Shown here: piece by piece, positions 35,285 to 45,641 of the stretch | How the letters are laid out: every line of letters begins with the position of its first letter | Position numbering within the stretch: the first letter of the stretch is position 1 | Source: a phage | Strand: one strand, 5' to 3' | DNA length: 64,000 bases | Sequence record: PZ452610.1 | Program-made: the position numbers and the translations under genes | Notes under the pieces: model-generated | What the model saw: the letters and a program-made list of their open reading frames with translations, nothing else | Told to the model about the DNA's origin: nothing | The model's database searches: none

Positions 35285-37996
35285 TCAAAAATCGAACATA
35301 TCGAACAGAGATGCTTTCTTCTCGTAATCGAGTTTCGCTGCTGATGTGAATCCTTCAAGTGGTTTAATAAATGTCTTCTCAAGGAGAACAGTGTAGTCCA
35401 TCCAATGAAGTACGTCATCTTTAATTAAATCTGTGATTTCAGTACCAGAAGGCCATGCGATACATTTATCACCGAACGGGTTTCCTTCACGTAAAGGCAG
35501 AACATATACTTTTTCACCTTCTACAACTTGTGGAGCATCAATATTACCTTTGATAGCTCTGTTATATGTCAGAATTCCACGAATATGGAACGGACATTTA
35601 GGACCAGGGAATCCACCTACATCATATTTAGCAATGTTATTCGCAGAAGATACCGACGCGATGCTAATATAATTCAATTGACGGAATTCTTTTTCAAACT
35701 CTTTAAAATATTCTTGTAATGATTCTTCACCTTCTTGAAGCATACGACGAATACATTCTTTAAGAGCTTTCTGTACTGCTTTAGGGGTCGAAGATTTCTG
35801 AGTCTCTAGACCCATGATTTTGAGTTTAGGCTCAGCGTAACGAGTACCTTCCATATCCCACACGTTTAATGCGTAACGTTTCTTACCAGTCCAGAATCCA
35901 CCAATACCTTTAGAACCGAGCGGAGGACCAGCGATAGCTTCTCGGTCCATGAACATTAAGTGTTGTTTATTGTTCATGTATTCACACATTTCACGGAAAC
36001 CTCTATCAATAGCAGGTTCCATACGTTCACGAGCGAACTTATCTAAGAAGTCTACCCAATGGTTGGTATCACGGAATTTAGATTCACCAACCTTATCGAT
36101 AATTTTATCAGCAGATACGTAAATAGAGTCTGTATCACCATAAAGAACGAAAGCTTCACCTTCTGTACCACAAACTTCGTTCAGATATTCATTAACTTTA
36201 CGTTCAATCCACTGTAAAGCCATTTGACCAAATGTTGTGATTGCAGTAGCATTACGCAAATCGTAATAACGGAACCAAACGTTGCCAAGTGCACCATAAA
36301 GTGAGTTGATAAGCAATTTACGGTTAATTTGTGCAGTCATACCTGCAACTTCAGTACGTTGAGCTCTAAACAACATTTCATTAAGAGATTTAGCAGACAA
36401 CTTTTTAATCTTTTCTTTAATCTCGTCAGTGAAGTCGAAACGATAATCAACATCTAATGGTTCGTCAACAGAAAGATTAGGATTATGCAACGCCTCTTTA
36501 ATTATTTCACCATTACGTTGAGCCGCAAGCATATAACCTTTATGTTCTTTACGTTGATTAAAGACCTTAGTGATTTCAGTTGGAACTACACCATCACGGT
36601 CTTTATAATACATCATGCCATTAGGAGAACAACTGTACACATCTGAAGGACGTTCAGCGATTGCGTTAATATAATCATGCAGTGGAGCTACTTTAAACGT
36701 TCCTGCTATTGTTTCCGGGCTAATATTCACTTGGCGAATAATACTTGGATACAGAGATGTAAGGTCGAAACTCATTACATATTTGTATCGATTTGGAATA
36801 GGTTCCTTAACAAAAGCGCCAGGATAAGGTTGAACCGGGTGAGAACGACCTTGTGGAATCACCTTGTTCTGCTCTTTAAGGCTATTAAAAATAATAGCAT
36901 CCCATGTTTTAATTGGGCTAAACACAGATTGAATCTGTATCTTAGCATAATAACCCATGTCCAAACTCAAGTTGATGAACTGACGCTTAGCATCAATTTG
37001 CAATACACGATACACGTCGATAATGTTATAAGAAATATATCGTTGGTGATTGCTTTCACGAAGCTTAGAAATAGGGCCGTCATATTTCAGTTTACCAACG
37101 TTCAATTCAAATTCTGAAATGTAATCTAGAGAATACGACGGTTGATTGGTAAAAGAGAATTTTTTGTAAAGGTCGATATAATCAAGAACAGAGATACCGA
37201 ACAATGTAATGATTTCACGAGAACCATACATGTTTTCGATAACTTTAACACGAGTTTTACGATGCGGTGATAAACGTTTCGCAGTAGATTCGCCAAAAAT
37301 ATTCTTGATTCGGTTATACACATATGGAATATCAAATGACTCAACGTTCCATCCAGTCAAAATGACAGGAGTTTTCTGTTGCCAGAAGTTGAGATATTCC
37401 ATCAACAATTCTTTTTCGTTATCGAACGGCATATAAATGATTTTATCGATAATTTCAGATGGAACTTCATCACCGCCTTGTTCTTGAAGCTTAGCAGCGA
37501 TTTCAATAGACCATTCTTCTACATTACCATATGGAGAATTCAATAGATCAAATACGTAGAACCTGTCGTCAATTGAGTCATAATGGGTGATAGCATCAAT
37601 CGGATGTTTTGCTTGTGATGGCTCAGGGAACCCATCCGGAGATGTTACTTCGATGTCGAAGTTAGCCACACGAATTTTTGTATGGTCGTATTTGATTTCA
37701 TAGTTATAAGTGTCAGACAAATACGCCAATTTGAAATCGTCCATGCCAAGTGCTTCAAGTCCGATATCTTCCATGCGTTTAATCCATTGGGAGGCATCAC
37801 GCATATTAGCGAACAACTTACGAGTACACGGCTTACCGTAGATATCGAAATATTTCGTAGCCTGACTTTCCGGACAATGAGCAAACAGTGATGGTTTATA
37901 TTCTACTTCACGAGTACGTTCACGGCCATTAGAATCGATGTAACGTTCAAAAATTGAATCACCAATCTGTTCAACCGTTAAGTAAAATTCTTTCAT
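35285..37996 (-). CDS. 43: DNA polymerase (family B) with 3'-5' exonuclease
   Basis: 903 aa; near-colinear with T4 gp43 (MKEFY..., FDIE, YGDTDS motifs). Confidence 0.95.
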   Translation of the reverse strand: MKEFYLTVEQIGDSIFERYIDSNGRERTREVEYKPSLFAHCPESQATKYFDIYGKPCTRKLFANMRDASQWIKRMEDIGLEALGMDDFKLAYLSDTYNYEIKYDHTKIRVANFDIEVTSPDGFPEPSQAKHPIDAITHYDSIDDRFYVFDLLNSPYGNVEEWSIEIAAKLQEQGGDEVPSEIIDKIIYMPFDNEKELLMEYLNFWQQKTPVILTGWNVESFDIPYVYNRIKNIFGESTAKRLSPHRKTRVKVIENMYGSREIITLFGISVLDYIDLYKKFSFTNQPSYSLDYISEFELNVGKLKYDGPISKLRESNHQRYISYNIIDVYRVLQIDAKRQFINLSLDMGYYAKIQIQSVFSPIKTWDAIIFNSLKEQNKVIPQGRSHPVQPYPGAFVKEPIPNRYKYVMSFDLTSLYPSIIRQVNISPETIAGTFKVAPLHDYINAIAERPSDVYSCSPNGMMYYKDRDGVVPTEITKVFNQRKEHKGYMLAAQRNGEIIKEALHNPNLSVDEPLDVDYRFDFTDEIKEKIKKLSAKSLNEMLFRAQRTEVAGMTAQINRKLLINSLYGALGNVWFRYYDLRNATAITTFGQMALQWIERKVNEYLNEVCGTEGEAFVLYGDTDSIYVSADKIIDKVGESKFRDTNHWVDFLDKFARERMEPAIDRGFREMCEYMNNKQHLMFMDREAIAGPPLGSKGIGGFWTGKKRYALNVWDMEGTRYAEPKLKIMGLETQKSSTPKAVQKALKECIRRMLQEGEESLQEYFKEFEKEFRQLNYISIASVSSANNIAKYDVGGFPGPKCPFHIRGILTYNRAIKGNIDAPQVVEGEKVYVLPLREGNPFGDKCIAWPSGTEITDLIKDDVLHWMDYTVLLEKTFIKPLEGFTSAAKLDYEKKASLFDMFDF

Positions 37997-38056
37997 TTAA
38001 TTTCCTTTAGACGAGTTATTGTCTTTTGTTTGTTGATGAACTTATTATACTCCAAA

Positions 38057-38072
38057 TGGGACCGAAGTCCCA
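38057..38072 (-). terminator. UUCG-tetraloop hairpin after regA (weak U-run)
   Basis: Minus strand UGGGAC-UUCG-GUCCCA then UUUGGAG and a TATAAT element. Confidence 0.4.
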
Positions 38073-38077
38073 TTGCT

Positions 38078-38446
38078 TTAATTACCAATTGTATATTTTG
38101 CTTTCAAAGTCCAGTCATCTTTCTGTTTAAAAGAGATAACACGGAAGTTATTAGTCAGGCCAAACAGATCTTCACGAGCAGAGTCTTCAATAACAATCAA
38201 TCCCCAGTCTTCAAGCAACTGAGCAATCGAATCACGTCGCTGATAGTCTTCACCATCAATATCAACCTGACGTCCGTCCATACGCAGCATTTCTTTAAAG
38301 TGGACGATGTAATATTTACCTTGCTTTTGGAGGATATGACAAGACTGGTAAAGGACTTTATCCTTGTTATTAGCGATGCCCATACGGGTTAGAGTCTCTT
38401 TGACTTTCAGAAAATCTTCAGGGTTCTTCAATTTAATTTCAATCAT
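38078..38446 (-). CDS. regA: translational repressor RegA
   Basis: Almost identical to T4 RegA (MIEI.LK.PEDFLKVKETLTRMGIANNKDKVLYQSCHILQK...NNFRVISFKQK); start set to the T4-equivalent ATG. Confidence 0.9.
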   Translation of the reverse strand: MIEIKLKNPEDFLKVKETLTRMGIANNKDKVLYQSCHILQKQGKYYIVHFKEMLRMDGRQVDIDGEDYQRRDSIAQLLEDWGLIVIEDSAREDLFGLTNNFRVISFKQKDDWTLKAKYTIGN

Positions 38447-38448
38447 TT

Positions 38449-39012
38449 TTACCATTCCAATGCTAATTTTTTAAATTGTTTTTGTTCTTTTACGTTTTTA
38501 GTAACTTCTTTGAGAAATTCATCAGTGACCATGGCCTTCAGTTCTTTAAGGACTATTGGCAGCTTGTTATTTTTTTCAAGGAGCCGCTTATACTCGGTAG
38601 CATCATTCATGTTGATTGTGTAATGTTTCATCAACAGTTTGATAACTAGTAACTCTGAAGTGTCTTCGACTAGTTTAGCCCATTTAGAGAATCGACGACC
38701 ACGCGGAATTGCCGCCATCATATAGTTGAAGTGCGCTTCATCACTTAATTCAGAACCGACTAAGTTCATCATGTAAACGGCTGGCATACATTCTGGAAAC
38801 TGGGATAACGAGTTCTCAACCATAAATTTTGAGTAGTCGACCTGAGCAATTGACATAGATTTCTTTTCATTAATAGCATTAATGATTTTAAAGAATTCAT
38901 TCTCAGGTTTTTCTTTAAACATATCAGCACATTTTTGAATCGCATCAGCGTCATTAGACTTCCATGCAATTTGGTGCTCGTTAAGCTGGACGTCATCATC
39001 GAATAAGTTCAT
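38449..39012 (-). CDS. 62: clamp loader small subunit
   Basis: 187 aa, same length and position as T4 gp62. Confidence 0.8.
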   Translation of the reverse strand: MNLFDDDVQLNEHQIAWKSNDADAIQKCADMFKEKPENEFFKIINAINEKKSMSIAQVDYSKFMVENSLSQFPECMPAVYMMNLVGSELSDEAHFNYMMAAIPRGRRFSKWAKLVEDTSELLVIKLLMKHYTINMNDATEYKRLLEKNNKLPIVLKELKAMVTDEFLKEVTKNVKEQKQFKKLALEW

Positions 39013-39013
39013 A

Positions 39014-39976
39014 TTATTTCCAAGTCAGTTCACAGGTCAGTTGAAGAAGCATATACATAACATGTAATTCAATATTACTTGCTAGTCCATGAAACTTATT
39101 ATTTTCGCCTGCAATTTCGTAAAGCGAAATAATACTTTTACCAGGTGCAACTTGGTCATAACATTCTGAAACTAATTTATCTATGAACCATGAATAATCT
39201 GCAGCATATTTTGGAGCTAATGCACGAAGTTGTTTGATATCTTTGTTCTTCATTGCTTCGATAACATCAGAGACTGTGCCACGGTCATTAGTTACGATAG
39301 ACAGAATACCTGCATCAAGAACACCTTTAGACGAGTACTGGTCTAATTGGCCAATTGTACGACGAAAGTCTGGGAAGTTCTTTTTAACCAGAGCTGCAAC
39401 AACTTTCATATCAGCGATTTCGATATTTTCGTTCTTACAGATTTCAACCATACGATGAATCATTTTCTTCATCATCGAGATTTTATCTTCTTCAGTCGGA
39501 CGACCGAATTCTATAACTCGACAACGGCTACGTAATGGTTCAATAATTCCATCAATGTTGTTGGCAGTAATAATAATAGAACAGTTACTAGAGAATTCTT
39601 CCATAAACGTACGAAGGTGACGTTGTGATTCGGCGAGGCCACTACGGTCAAATTCATCAATAACAATAACTTTAGGCTTGCCTTCCATTGAGACTGAACG
39701 AGCGAATGCAGTTAACGGACCACGCACAAAATCAATCTTACAATCAGAACCGTTGACGAACATCATTTCGGCATTGATATCATTACATAATGCTTTTGCT
39801 ACGGTTGTTTTACCTGTACCAGGAGAAGGAGAGTGCAAAATAATATGAGGAAGTTTTCCTTTAGATACTAAAGACTTGAATGTTTCATGGTCATACGCAG
39901 GCAGAATACATTCGTCAATGGAAGAAGGACGATATTTCTGTTCTAGAATGTGTTCTTTGGAATTGATAGTAATCAT
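39014..39976 (-). CDS. 44: clamp loader large subunit (AAA+ ATPase)
   Basis: 320 aa; Walker [11 protein letters not shown], Walker B VIVIDEFD. Confidence 0.9.
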   Translation of the reverse strand: MITINSKEHILEQKYRPSSIDECILPAYDHETFKSLVSKGKLPHIILHSPSPGTGKTTVAKALCNDINAEMMFVNGSDCKIDFVRGPLTAFARSVSMEGKPKVIVIDEFDRSGLAESQRHLRTFMEEFSSNCSIIITANNIDGIIEPLRSRCRVIEFGRPTEEDKISMMKKMIHRMVEICKNENIEIADMKVVAALVKKNFPDFRRTIGQLDQYSSKGVLDAGILSIVTNDRGTVSDVIEAMKNKDIKQLRALAPKYAADYSWFIDKLVSECYDQVAPGKSIISLYEIAGENNKFHGLASNIELHVMYMLLQLTCELTWK

Positions 39977-40001
39977 GTAATTTTCCTCATTATCATTAAA
40001 C

Positions 40002-40019
40002 TGGAGGATTTCTCCTCCA
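40002..40019 (-). promoter_or_regulatory. RNA hairpin between genes 45 and 44
   Basis: TGGAGGA-tttc-TCCTCCA 7-bp stem about 25 nt upstream of gene 44 RBS. Confidence 0.35.
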
Positions 40020-40051
40020 TAATCGTATCACATTAAACGTAAATCTTTGTC

Positions 40052-40738
40052 TTAGAAGTCGTGAGTAGAATCGGCTTCCATTGCAATAACATAACTTACT
40101 TGAGAGCTTTCAAACTTGGCTGCAACTTTATCACCAGCTCCCCACAACATTACTTTATAGTTACCTGGCTGGATTTTCATATTAGCCATATTGATTACAA
40201 AGTTAAAGTTATTAGAACCATCATAATCGGTAAGAGTCAAAGAATACTTAGGACGAGTTAGTCCGGAATCTTCAACTTTATTGTAACCGTTGATAACAAT
40301 TTTACCATCTTTATTTGTAATAGCAATTGTATCAATCTGGAGACCACGTGAAACTCGAAGCAATTGTTGAAGGTCTTCAGCTTTAATTTCAGTAATCACA
40401 GAAGCCACCGGGAATTGAATTGGCTTATTAGGAAAAACAATGGTGCTCTTGTCGGCAGCAGGCCAATAAACTGTGGAACGTGTATCTGCAATTTTAATAT
40501 TGCCATCGGTGTGCATTGAAATTTCAGCATCATCAGACACTAGACTCAAAATGCTTAAGAAGCTATTCAAATCATAAAGTGCTACGTCAAAATCAATTTC
40601 ATCGGAGATATTTGCTTCTGCATAAGTGGTGCCATTAACTGCACGGGTCATAATAAATTTACCTTGACTCAGCAGAATGCCGGAGTTAATAGAGGCAAAG
40701 TTTTTCAGAATAGCGATAGTATCTTTAGACAGTTTCAT
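40052..40738 (-). CDS. 45: sliding clamp
   Basis: 228 aa from MKLSKDTIAILKNF start (AAAGGA RBS; the track start is TTG); T4 gp45 length. Confidence 0.85.
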   Translation of the reverse strand: MKLSKDTIAILKNFASINSGILLSQGKFIMTRAVNGTTYAEANISDEIDFDVALYDLNSFLSILSLVSDDAEISMHTDGNIKIADTRSTVYWPAADKSTIVFPNKPIQFPVASVITEIKAEDLQQLLRVSRGLQIDTIAITNKDGKIVINGYNKVEDSGLTRPKYSLTLTDYDGSNNFNFVINMANMKIQPGNYKVMLWGAGDKVAAKFESSQVSYVIAMEADSTHDF

Positions 40739-40780
40739 TTTATTTCCTTTCAAGACAATTCAAAGTTTATAACAAATTTA

Positions 40781-41197
40781 TTATGCAGCAACCATCTGCT
40801 TTTTAATAGCTTCAGGCAGTGATTCAATATATTCTGGAATTTTAGAAGCAACAATTTCGCCAGCTGCAATTAATTGTTCATCGGCATCAACACAGTAGAA
40901 ATCTTCCAGACGCTCAGAACCATCTTTATCAAGAACGATTTTTCCACCTGCTTCAATAGAATCTTTATAGTGCTTACGCATCAGATGAATCCACATATCA
41001 GATACATCGTTATCAATAAAACCATAAATCATAAAACGAGTTTCTTGTGGCAAAGATTGAAGCTTTTTAGCACTTGCGTCATCACAATGCAGGACCCATG
41101 CTTTACGAACACGATTATGGTTATGCGGGTTAGCGTCAGTACGGATAGAAGTAACTTTCAGATCAGCAGCAGTGAAACCTTTAGCAGTAGTAAACAT
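40781..41197 (-). CDS. hypothetical protein at the rpbA position (138 aa)
   Basis: ORF track; between gene 45 and gene 46 as rpbA is in T4. Confidence 0.45.
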   Translation of the reverse strand: MFTTAKGFTAADLKVTSIRTDANPHNHNRVRKAWVLHCDDASAKKLQSLPQETRFMIYGFIDNDVSDMWIHLMRKHYKDSIEAGGKIVLDKDGSERLEDFYCVDADEQLIAAGEIVASKIPEYIESLPEAIKKQMVAA

Positions 41198-41209
41198 ATT
41201 ATTTCTCTC

Positions 41210-41398
41210 TTATTCGTAGAAGTCAGTAACTGTCCATGCGGAATTGCGATTAGACATTATTTTATTATACTCATCTTTAAAAGCAGATTTGAGCATTTGT
41301 TCAGTAACAATATGTTCTTCACCTGAAAACGTATTGGTCAAAACATATTTTTTAATTTCAGGGACAACAAGAAGATGTTGTCCGGTTGAATACTCCAT
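41210..41398 (-). CDS. hypothetical protein (62 aa)
   Basis: ORF track trimmed to second ATG, which has a GGAG RBS. Confidence 0.45.
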   Translation of the reverse strand: MEYSTGQHLLVVPEIKKYVLTNTFSGEEHIVTEQMLKSAFKDEYNKIMSNRNSAWTVTDFYE

Positions 41399-41426
41399 GT
41401 TGTTCTCCATTTAATTTGATGTGGTC

Positions 41427-41451
41427 ATTATAACCACATCGTGTTAAAGCG
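41427..41451 (-). promoter_or_regulatory. MotA-box-like promoter inside stem-loop upstream of 45.2/rpbA-position genes
   Basis: Minus strand CGCTTTA, 12 bp, TATAAT; -10 lies in loop of GATGTGGT/ACCACATC 8-bp stem. Confidence 0.4.
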
Positions 41452-41452
41452 T

Positions 41453-43141
41453 TTATGAAACAGTCATTACAGTAAATCGTCCAACTTTGCTCATTTGAAG
41501 ATGTTGTCCATAACGTTGAGGGTCATGGTCTCTATGAGAAATAATGAACACGTTAGTATTTTGTAAACTTCCAAGAATGGTATCTATAGCCTTAACAGCC
41601 TCAGAATCTACAGCGCCGTCAAAAACTTCGTCAAGAATAAGAGTGTTGATTTTAACACCAGAGACCTTTTCAGCAATATCTCGCCATGTAAACAACAATG
41701 CGATATCGATACGTGCCTTTTCACCTTGACTAAATGAAGCATAACTAAAATCTTCACGACCACGTGATTTTATAGATTCATTGAATTCTTCATCAATAGA
41801 AAACACGTAATCGGCTTCCATGATTTTAAGATAATGGTTAATCTGCTTGTTGAACAGAGGCACATATTTTTTAATGATAGCACCTTTAATACCAGAATCT
41901 TTTAACATATCTGTGATAATACCACGATGGTATTTTTCAAGAACGATATCCGATTTTGTTTTAATGATTTTATCAAGTTCTTTTTGAAGCAAAGCTATCT
42001 CATCGGCATGGTCGATAAATTCCGCCGAGGCTTGTTCTATTGCAGCTTTAACTTTCTTAGCTTTATCAATAGTGGCAATCATTGCTTGTTTCTTGGTACG
42101 AATATCAGATGCAAGGTCCTGCTTAGTCTTAACATTAGCTCTATATTCGTCCACTAGGACACTCAGATTATCTCTGTGGCAGGTAAGTTGCTCGAATGAG
42201 TGATTACATTCATGAAGCTTATCGGTAATCTTAGAGACAATAGGGTCACCCTGGTGCAACTGTGATGCGCAAGTAGGACATGTACCGCCATCATGATACA
42301 TCTTAATAACTTTGTTATATGAGTCAATTTTAGATTTAATCAAGAATGCTTCTTGTCCTATCTTGTTGAATGCCTCAGTAGGGTCTTCGTCAAGAACGAT
42401 ATTAAGTAGACGCTCGTTAGCTTCTTCGATTTCTGCTTTTAATGACCGAGCTTCTTTGGCTAGGTCGTCGTACATATTCTGTAGACGCGCTACATTATCA
42501 CCAGATAATTTCTTTTGACGTTCGATGTTCTCATTATAAATCTTAATTTGTTGGATAATACCATCTTTCTTGGCATCGAGAACTTGTCCCTGGGAATTAA
42601 GTTCTCGAACTTGAGACTTATTGATTTTATCCATTTCAGCGAGTGTGCCAACTTCTAATAAGTCTTCAACAAGCTTTCTGCGAGCAGGGGTGCTAAGAGC
42701 CATGAAAGGGGTATACCCTGCCGTCCCAAGCACAACGATTTGTTTAAAAGACGCGTATGACATTCCGATGCTACGTTCAAATTCTTCTTGGAAGTCACGA
42801 CTGCTGGCAGATTCATCAAGACGAACACCGTCAACGGAGATTTCGAAAATATTGGGCTTTTGGCCACGTTTAATGAAGTATTTTTTACCATCGAATTCCA
42901 TCCAAAGCTCAACTAAGAGCTCTTTCTTGTTCGTGCTATTAATGATTTGTCCTTTCTTAACATCACGAAATGGTTTACCGAAAAGTCCGAAAGTGATGGC
43001 TTCTAACATCGTAGATTTACCACCGCCGTTTTTACCAGTGATTAATGTCTTTTGGACTTTATCTAATTGGATATCAATAGGATTCCCACCTACCGACATG
43101 ATGTTTTGATAACGAACACGATTTAATTTAAATGATTTCAT
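41453..43141 (-). CDS. 46: recombination endonuclease subunit (SbcC/Rad50-like ATPase)
   Basis: 562 aa; Walker A GKNGGGKST, coiled-coil middle with CPTC zinc hook, signature/Walker B at C-terminus. Confidence 0.9.
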   Translation of the reverse strand: MKSFKLNRVRYQNIMSVGGNPIDIQLDKVQKTLITGKNGGGKSTMLEAITFGLFGKPFRDVKKGQIINSTNKKELLVELWMEFDGKKYFIKRGQKPNIFEISVDGVRLDESASSRDFQEEFERSIGMSYASFKQIVVLGTAGYTPFMALSTPARRKLVEDLLEVGTLAEMDKINKSQVRELNSQGQVLDAKKDGIIQQIKIYNENIERQKKLSGDNVARLQNMYDDLAKEARSLKAEIEEANERLLNIVLDEDPTEAFNKIGQEAFLIKSKIDSYNKVIKMYHDGGTCPTCASQLHQGDPIVSKITDKLHECNHSFEQLTCHRDNLSVLVDEYRANVKTKQDLASDIRTKKQAMIATIDKAKKVKAAIEQASAEFIDHADEIALLQKELDKIIKTKSDIVLEKYHRGIITDMLKDSGIKGAIIKKYVPLFNKQINHYLKIMEADYVFSIDEEFNESIKSRGREDFSYASFSQGEKARIDIALLFTWRDIAEKVSGVKINTLILDEVFDGAVDSEAVKAIDTILGSLQNTNVFIISHRDHDPQRYGQHLQMSKVGRFTVMTVS

Positions 43142-43386
43142 ATGTATTCTCTTCGAATGAAGTCCTCTACATATTTTAACATGTCATCTCTATCAGCAAA
43201 ATACTCATCTAGTTCTGCATACATAACAACACCCGGTGCGTACTCACAGGTAACATACATTGTTCCAAAGAAACGAGGAGTTGTCTCCTCATAATTCTCA
43301 GTCCATTCAACGATACCAATATAACCGTCACCAATACTAAATTCGTGACGATGGATTTCATAGTCAGTCTTCGTCATTATACGCAT
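43138..43386 (-). CDS. hypothetical protein (82 aa)
   Basis: ORF track; 46.1 position. Confidence 0.5.
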   Translation of the reverse strand: MRIMTKTDYEIHRHEFSIGDGYIGIVEWTENYEETTPRFFGTMYVTCEYAPGVVMYAELDEYFADRDDMLKYVEDFIRREYI

Positions 43387-43621
43387 CCTCGATACATGCT
43401 TCAGCCATTTTAAGAATAGAGCCAGGAGTATCGTTGTCCATTATATTAAAGCTAAATTCAATAGCCCAGTCGGTACAGACATGAACGGCTTTAACTTCAT
43501 TGCCTTCAACGCGTAATGGCTCAATCCAATACTTGATAGTGTTCTCGAATCCATCATCATCTTTAACGTCTATTTCAACTTCAAGCCCAAGCCCGGCATT
43601 GTTAAATTCATCTAAAGTCAT
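43364..43621 (-). CDS. hypothetical protein (85 aa)
   Basis: ORF track; 46.2 position. Confidence 0.5.
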   Translation of the reverse strand: MTLDEFNNAGLGLEVEIDVKDDDGFENTIKYWIEPLRVEGNEVKAVHVCTDWAIEFSFNIMDNDTPGSILKMAEACIEDAYNDED

Positions 43622-44637
43622 TGTGTTGCCTCAATATAAAGTTCGTTAGAATATTTGACCAGCGCTTCTCTGTCTTCGTCTGAGATATCTGGAATCGCGT
43701 CAATATATTCTTTAATGATATCTTGAAGTGATTTAATCTCGATTTCCTGGTCGTCATCAGATTCAACACTGTTATCAACTTTAGAAACCATACGAAGAGA
43801 GTGAACTACTTTTTCAAGTTCAGATTCAAACTTAGTCAACTCTGAATCAATTTCTGATACTATAACACGTACGGCTAGATTAGTATAATCAGAATAATTG
43901 ATTTTGCCTTTAAACGGATAAGTGATTCTTCGATGCCATGTTGTTTCATTAGGAATAAATTCCATACGTTCAACATCAGTGTCAAATACCCAGAATCCAC
44001 GCGGGTCGTTCTCATCACCTGCAGTAAGGGTCCACGGTGTTCCAATATATTTGACGTTAGCAGCTTCAGAGATTGTGTGGAAGTGGCCTGACCAGACTTG
44101 TTTATAAGTCTTTAAGAAATCAGGTTCAAGCCCATGAGACTTCATCCCTTTATAGAAATAAAAGCCGTTCAGTTCCCAGTGCCCAACACAATACGCAGCA
44201 GAAGAAGTCTTGATGTGCTCTAAGATTTCACCTGTATTTTCTTCACACATCCATGGAACGATATCAATCAGACATCCGTCAAAATCTACAGTAGTCGGAT
44301 GCTCATAAATAGTAAAGTTTTCAAATTGAGTTAACAATTCAGAAACAGTGTTAGGTGTTATTGTATTCTTAAACGCCATGTCATGGTTTCCTATCGTGAC
44401 ATGAACGTGAATGCCTGCTTTAGAAATCATATCAACGATTTCACGATTGAATTCCATTGTACGATGTGTTATTGCTTTACGGACGTCAAACCAATCACCG
44501 TACTGAATCCAAGTTTTAATCCCGTGTTTCTTAGAGTATTCAATTGCTTGTCGAATACCATCACGTTGAATATCTTGAACCCATGGGTCGTCTTGTTTGA
44601 CTCCGATATGGAAGTCGCCTAAGTGCAAAATTTTCAT
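43618..44637 (-). CDS. 47: recombination endonuclease subunit (SbcD/Mre11-like phosphoesterase)
   Basis: 339 aa; MKILHLGDFHIG and GNHD phosphoesterase motifs; same length as T4 gp47. Confidence 0.9.
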   Translation of the reverse strand: MKILHLGDFHIGVKQDDPWVQDIQRDGIRQAIEYSKKHGIKTWIQYGDWFDVRKAITHRTMEFNREIVDMISKAGIHVHVTIGNHDMAFKNTITPNTVSELLTQFENFTIYEHPTTVDFDGCLIDIVPWMCEENTGEILEHIKTSSAAYCVGHWELNGFYFYKGMKSHGLEPDFLKTYKQVWSGHFHTISEAANVKYIGTPWTLTAGDENDPRGFWVFDTDVERMEFIPNETTWHRRITYPFKGKINYSDYTNLAVRVIVSEIDSELTKFESELEKVVHSLRMVSKVDNSVESDDDQEIEIKSLQDIIKEYIDAIPDISDEDREALVKYSNELYIEATQ

Positions 44638-44682
44638 ATTATTTCCTCATTAGTTAATTCATTTTATCATCCGTTTATAAAG

Positions 44683-44708
44683 CAAAAAAGGAACTCCGAA
44701 GAGTTCCT
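44683..44708 (-). terminator. intrinsic terminator upstream of gene 47
   Basis: Minus strand AGGAACUC-UUCG-GAGUUCCU followed by 6 U. Confidence 0.65.
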
Positions 44709-44880
44709 ATCCACATAGTACACCGTACAGAGGCTCATTTGAACTTTTAAATCGAATTGGCTTGTACGTAATAGTTCCTTCGGCTTTAGCTTTATCATAA
44801 GACTCTTTAAAACGTCTCATTCTTTCTGCTTTGCCTTTACGGATTTTATCGAAATTTTCAGAAGTCGGGATGTTCGTCAT
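44707..44880 (-). CDS. small basic protein (57 aa)
   Basis: Sub-threshold ORF MTNIPTSENFDKIRKGKAERMRRF...; GAGGTG RBS; stop overlaps terminator hairpin. Confidence 0.35.
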   Translation of the reverse strand: MTNIPTSENFDKIRKGKAERMRRFKESYDKAKAEGTITYKPIRFKSSNEPLYGVLCG

Positions 44881-44919
44881 GCATAAGCACCTCTCAGAAA
44901 ATGCCTAAATCAATTTCTC

Positions 44920-45141
44920 TCATCGTTTCCACCATTTCTTAACTTGAAATGAATCGGCCCACACGAGTTGTTTTGGGTCTGCCTTTACAATAGGCGGACA
45001 AATTTCTGTAATAGAACCGTCGTGATATTCCTTTTCAGAAATTTTAACACAAAGAGGACCTCCCAATTTAAGGGTGAACCCTGCGTTCAGCTTCAGACGT
45101 TTAAACTTTGTTTGAACTAGCGCCATTAATGATGTCCTCAA
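44920..45141 (-). CDS. hypothetical protein (73 aa)
   Basis: ORF track. Confidence 0.45.
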   Translation of the reverse strand: MRTSLMALVQTKFKRLKLNAGFTLKLGGPLCVKISEKEYHDGSITEICPPIVKADPKQLVWADSFQVKKWWKR

Positions 45142-45424
45142 TAGCCTGACGAGTAGTAACCCACTGGATTTTAATTAACTTGTCATTGTATGGTTGTCGT
45201 AGAATATCCCGAGATTTCTTAATAGCATATTCGTAAGCTTCGAAGTTGTTTTGAATTGCTGCTTCTTGAGCATGAGCATAAAGACGGTTTAGTTCAAAAC
45301 GATTCTTTTTAAGAATCTTTTCGGATTTTTTACGTGCTTCAGCTTCATTTTTCTTTTGGATTTCTTGTAGCATTTTAGCTACTGCATCTTCTGCTTCTTT
45401 ATTTTCAATAATCTCGGTAGTCAT
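45101..45424 (-). CDS. hypothetical protein (107 aa)
   Basis: ORF track. Confidence 0.5.
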   Translation of the reverse strand: MTTEIIENKEAEDAVAKMLQEIQKKNEAEARKKSEKILKKNRFELNRLYAHAQEAAIQNNFEAYEYAIKKSRDILRQPYNDKLIKIQWVTTRQAIEDIINGASSNKV

Positions 45425-45425
45425 A

Positions 45426-45641
45426 TTATCTCATTAAATTAAAATAAAAACGTCCATCCTCTTCAATACAGAACTCATACTCAACTGGAGTCCCATTTAT
45501 CGAAAATGACACGTCATGTGGGTTCAAAGGGTCGATGTCAAAATTAATTTTAAATTCACGACCCAACAGTTTTACCAAATAAGGGATTGCTTCGTCAAAA
45601 GGTTCTTCTAAGTAGTTAGAGATGTCAATTGTCATCCTCAT
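45426..45641 (-). CDS. hypothetical protein (about 71 aa), start uncertain
   Basis: ORF track trimmed; track N-terminus overlaps gene 55 coding in another frame. Confidence 0.35.
   Translation of the reverse strand: MRMTIDISNYLEEPFDEAIPYLVKLLGREFKINFDIDPLNPHDVSFSINGTPVEYEFCIEEDGRFYFNLMR

Noticed and set aside
36677-37117. Plus-strand 146-aa ORF
   Set aside because: Antisense within DNA polymerase gene 43
38044-38049. TATAAT element just downstream of the regA hairpin as a promoter
   Set aside because: No acceptable -35 or MotA box at the right distance; kept only as a note within the terminator call
42621-43109. Plus-strand 162-aa ORF
   Set aside because: Antisense within gene 46
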